A program made the position numbers and the translations under genes. A stretch of DNA of 44,331 bases from Gemmatimonadota bacterium (GTDB lineage: Bacteria; Gemmatimonadota; Gemmatimonadetes; Gemmatimonadales; Gemmatimonadaceae), in the NCBI GenBank assembly GCA_043754875.1, contig JAYUTY010000166.1, forward strand, positions 1 to 44,331, given 5' to 3'. Positions within the stretch are counted from its first letter, which is position 1. Every line of letters begins with the position of its first letter. Below are positions 43,582-44,331 of this stretch, piece after piece. The notes beneath the pieces were generated by a model, which saw nothing but the letters and a program-made list of their open reading frames with translations, did not search any database and was not told the DNA's origin.

Positions 43582-44103
43582 TCACGGTGGCGTCGGTCCC
43601 CGCTCGGGAGGTCGCCCCGCCTCAGGCACCGCGACTCCGGCAGGTGGAGGACCCAGCAGCACCGGTGAATCGTGAACGATCTTCCCACCAAGCCACGAGG
43701 TGTAGAAGATGGCGCTGGAGGCGGCGAGGCCGAGCAGCAGCATCGCGCCGCGCATCAAGCCTGGGAGTACGGTCTCTCGCGGATAACGGACGAGGCGACG
43801 CCAGCCGGCCAGCCCGGCCAACCCTGCCAGTCCTGTGAGAATCGCCGAGAGCAGCGCCGACGACTCGTGCGCGTGGATCGAGCCGCGGGCGATGTACCAG
43901 GGACGATGAAGCCAGTCCGCAGCCGGCTCGCCGGTGAAGTACGTCGGTATCACGGTCAGTCCCGCCAGTGCCAACGACACAGACGCGTACATCCATATGC
44001 TGCGTCGCGGTCGCGGGAGCCCGTATAGCGCGGCGAACGTCCCGGCCAGCACGAGGACGATCGGGAAGTGGTTGATCAGGAGATGGATGTGCGCCCAGTT
44101 CAT
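43582..44103 (-). CDS. hypothetical 4-TM membrane protein
   Basis: MNWAHIHLLINHFPIVLVLAGTFAALYG..., with four hydrophobic segments and a Pro-rich C-terminus. The frame stays open upstream to 44319, through the 9-bp repeat. Confidence 0.65.
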   Translation of the reverse strand: MNWAHIHLLINHFPIVLVLAGTFAALYGLPRPRRSIWMYASVSLALAGLTVIPTYFTGEPAADWLHRPWYIARGSIHAHESSALLSAILTGLAGLAGLAGWRRLVRYPRETVLPGLMRGAMLLLGLAASSAIFYTSWLGGKIVHDSPVLLGPPPAGVAVPEAGRPPERGPTPP

Positions 44104-44164
44104 GAGCCTGTCCTTGCTGGTCGAAGCTGGCTGAGGCGTGCTGCATGCCGCACAGCGAGATTCG

Positions 44165-44206
44165 CGCCGCATGCGCCGCATGCGCCGCATGCGCCGCATG
44201 CGCCGC
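44165..44206. repeat. 9-bp tandem repeat (CGCCGCATG) x4 plus a partial fifth unit
   Basis: cgccgcatg occurs at 44165, 44174, 44183 and 44192, then cgccgc. On the minus strand each unit is CATGCGGCG and carries an ATG in frame with the downstream membrane-protein ORF. Confidence 0.95.
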
Positions 44207-44331
44207 GTTGCCGGGGTTGCCCCGCTCGATCGCAACACCGATTCTTCGAGCGTGACTACTCTCGCCCAGATCCCCGACACGCTGCACGGCTCCGACGCGC
44301 AGCAGACGATCGACACCATCGAGACGCCGGC

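Noticed and set aside
44165-44206. The tandem repeat as a CRISPR array.
   Set aside because: The units are 9 bp and directly abutting, with no spacers, and no cas genes are present.
44252-44331. Possible start of a + strand gene at the window edge (GTG..., TTLAQIPDTLHGSDAQQTIDTIETP).
   Set aside because: Only 26 codons are visible. That is too short to judge coding potential or identity.
1-44331. Mobile elements, prophage or defence-system genes, rRNA/tRNA.
   Set aside because: I recognised no transposase, integrase, recombinase, phage structural, restriction, Cas or toxin-antitoxin signatures. None of the intergenic regions contains tRNA-like T-loop motifs.

Overview
GC-rich bacterial chromosomal segment with strong GC3 bias, so nearly every real gene has long antisense shadow ORFs. 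I support about 40 protein-coding genes. I saw no rRNA, tRNA, CRISPR array, transposase or integrase. The TonB-dependent receptor, lipoboxes and Tat signal indicate a diderm organism; I cannot assign a phylum from sequence alone.

Layout:
- (i) 1-4689: two PAS histidine kinases and a receiver-less CheB-type methylesterase.
- (ii) 4697-12849: a copper / N-oxide island. It holds a tightly coupled six-gene nirK operon (nirK, nirV, SCO1/SenC, ScdA_N-only protein, cupin, and a 160-aa protein resembling helices IX-XII of heme-copper oxidase subunit I). It also holds hemolysin-III, a PNPOx-like flavoprotein, a Tat-lipoprotein two-domain multicopper oxidase cotranscribed with a NarL-type regulator, and a divergent PAS kinase.
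- (iii) 12850-15862: an accessory-looking patch with a tandem USP, a decayed DUF892 gene, a small SPW-like membrane ORF and an orphan 250-aa protein.
- (iv) 15970-25275: a seven-gene Wsp-like chemosensory operon ending in a REC-GAF-histidine kinase.
- (v) 25276-36593: beta-CASP RNase, dehydrogenases, a DUF885 + peptide-type ABC importer operon without ATPases, and acyl-CoA dehydrogenase with an autoregulated TetR.
- (vi) 36715-41022: an ECF sigma / FecR / STN-TonB transducer module.
- (vii) 41111-44331: a coiled-coil membrane protein, pgm, and a membrane protein preceded by a 9-bp tandem repeat.

The most interesting candidates are the chemosensory-to-kinase operon, the nirK accessory genes (especially the mini heme-copper-oxidase-like protein) and the lipoprotein two-domain MCO. 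All functional calls come from motif recognition by eye. No database search was run.
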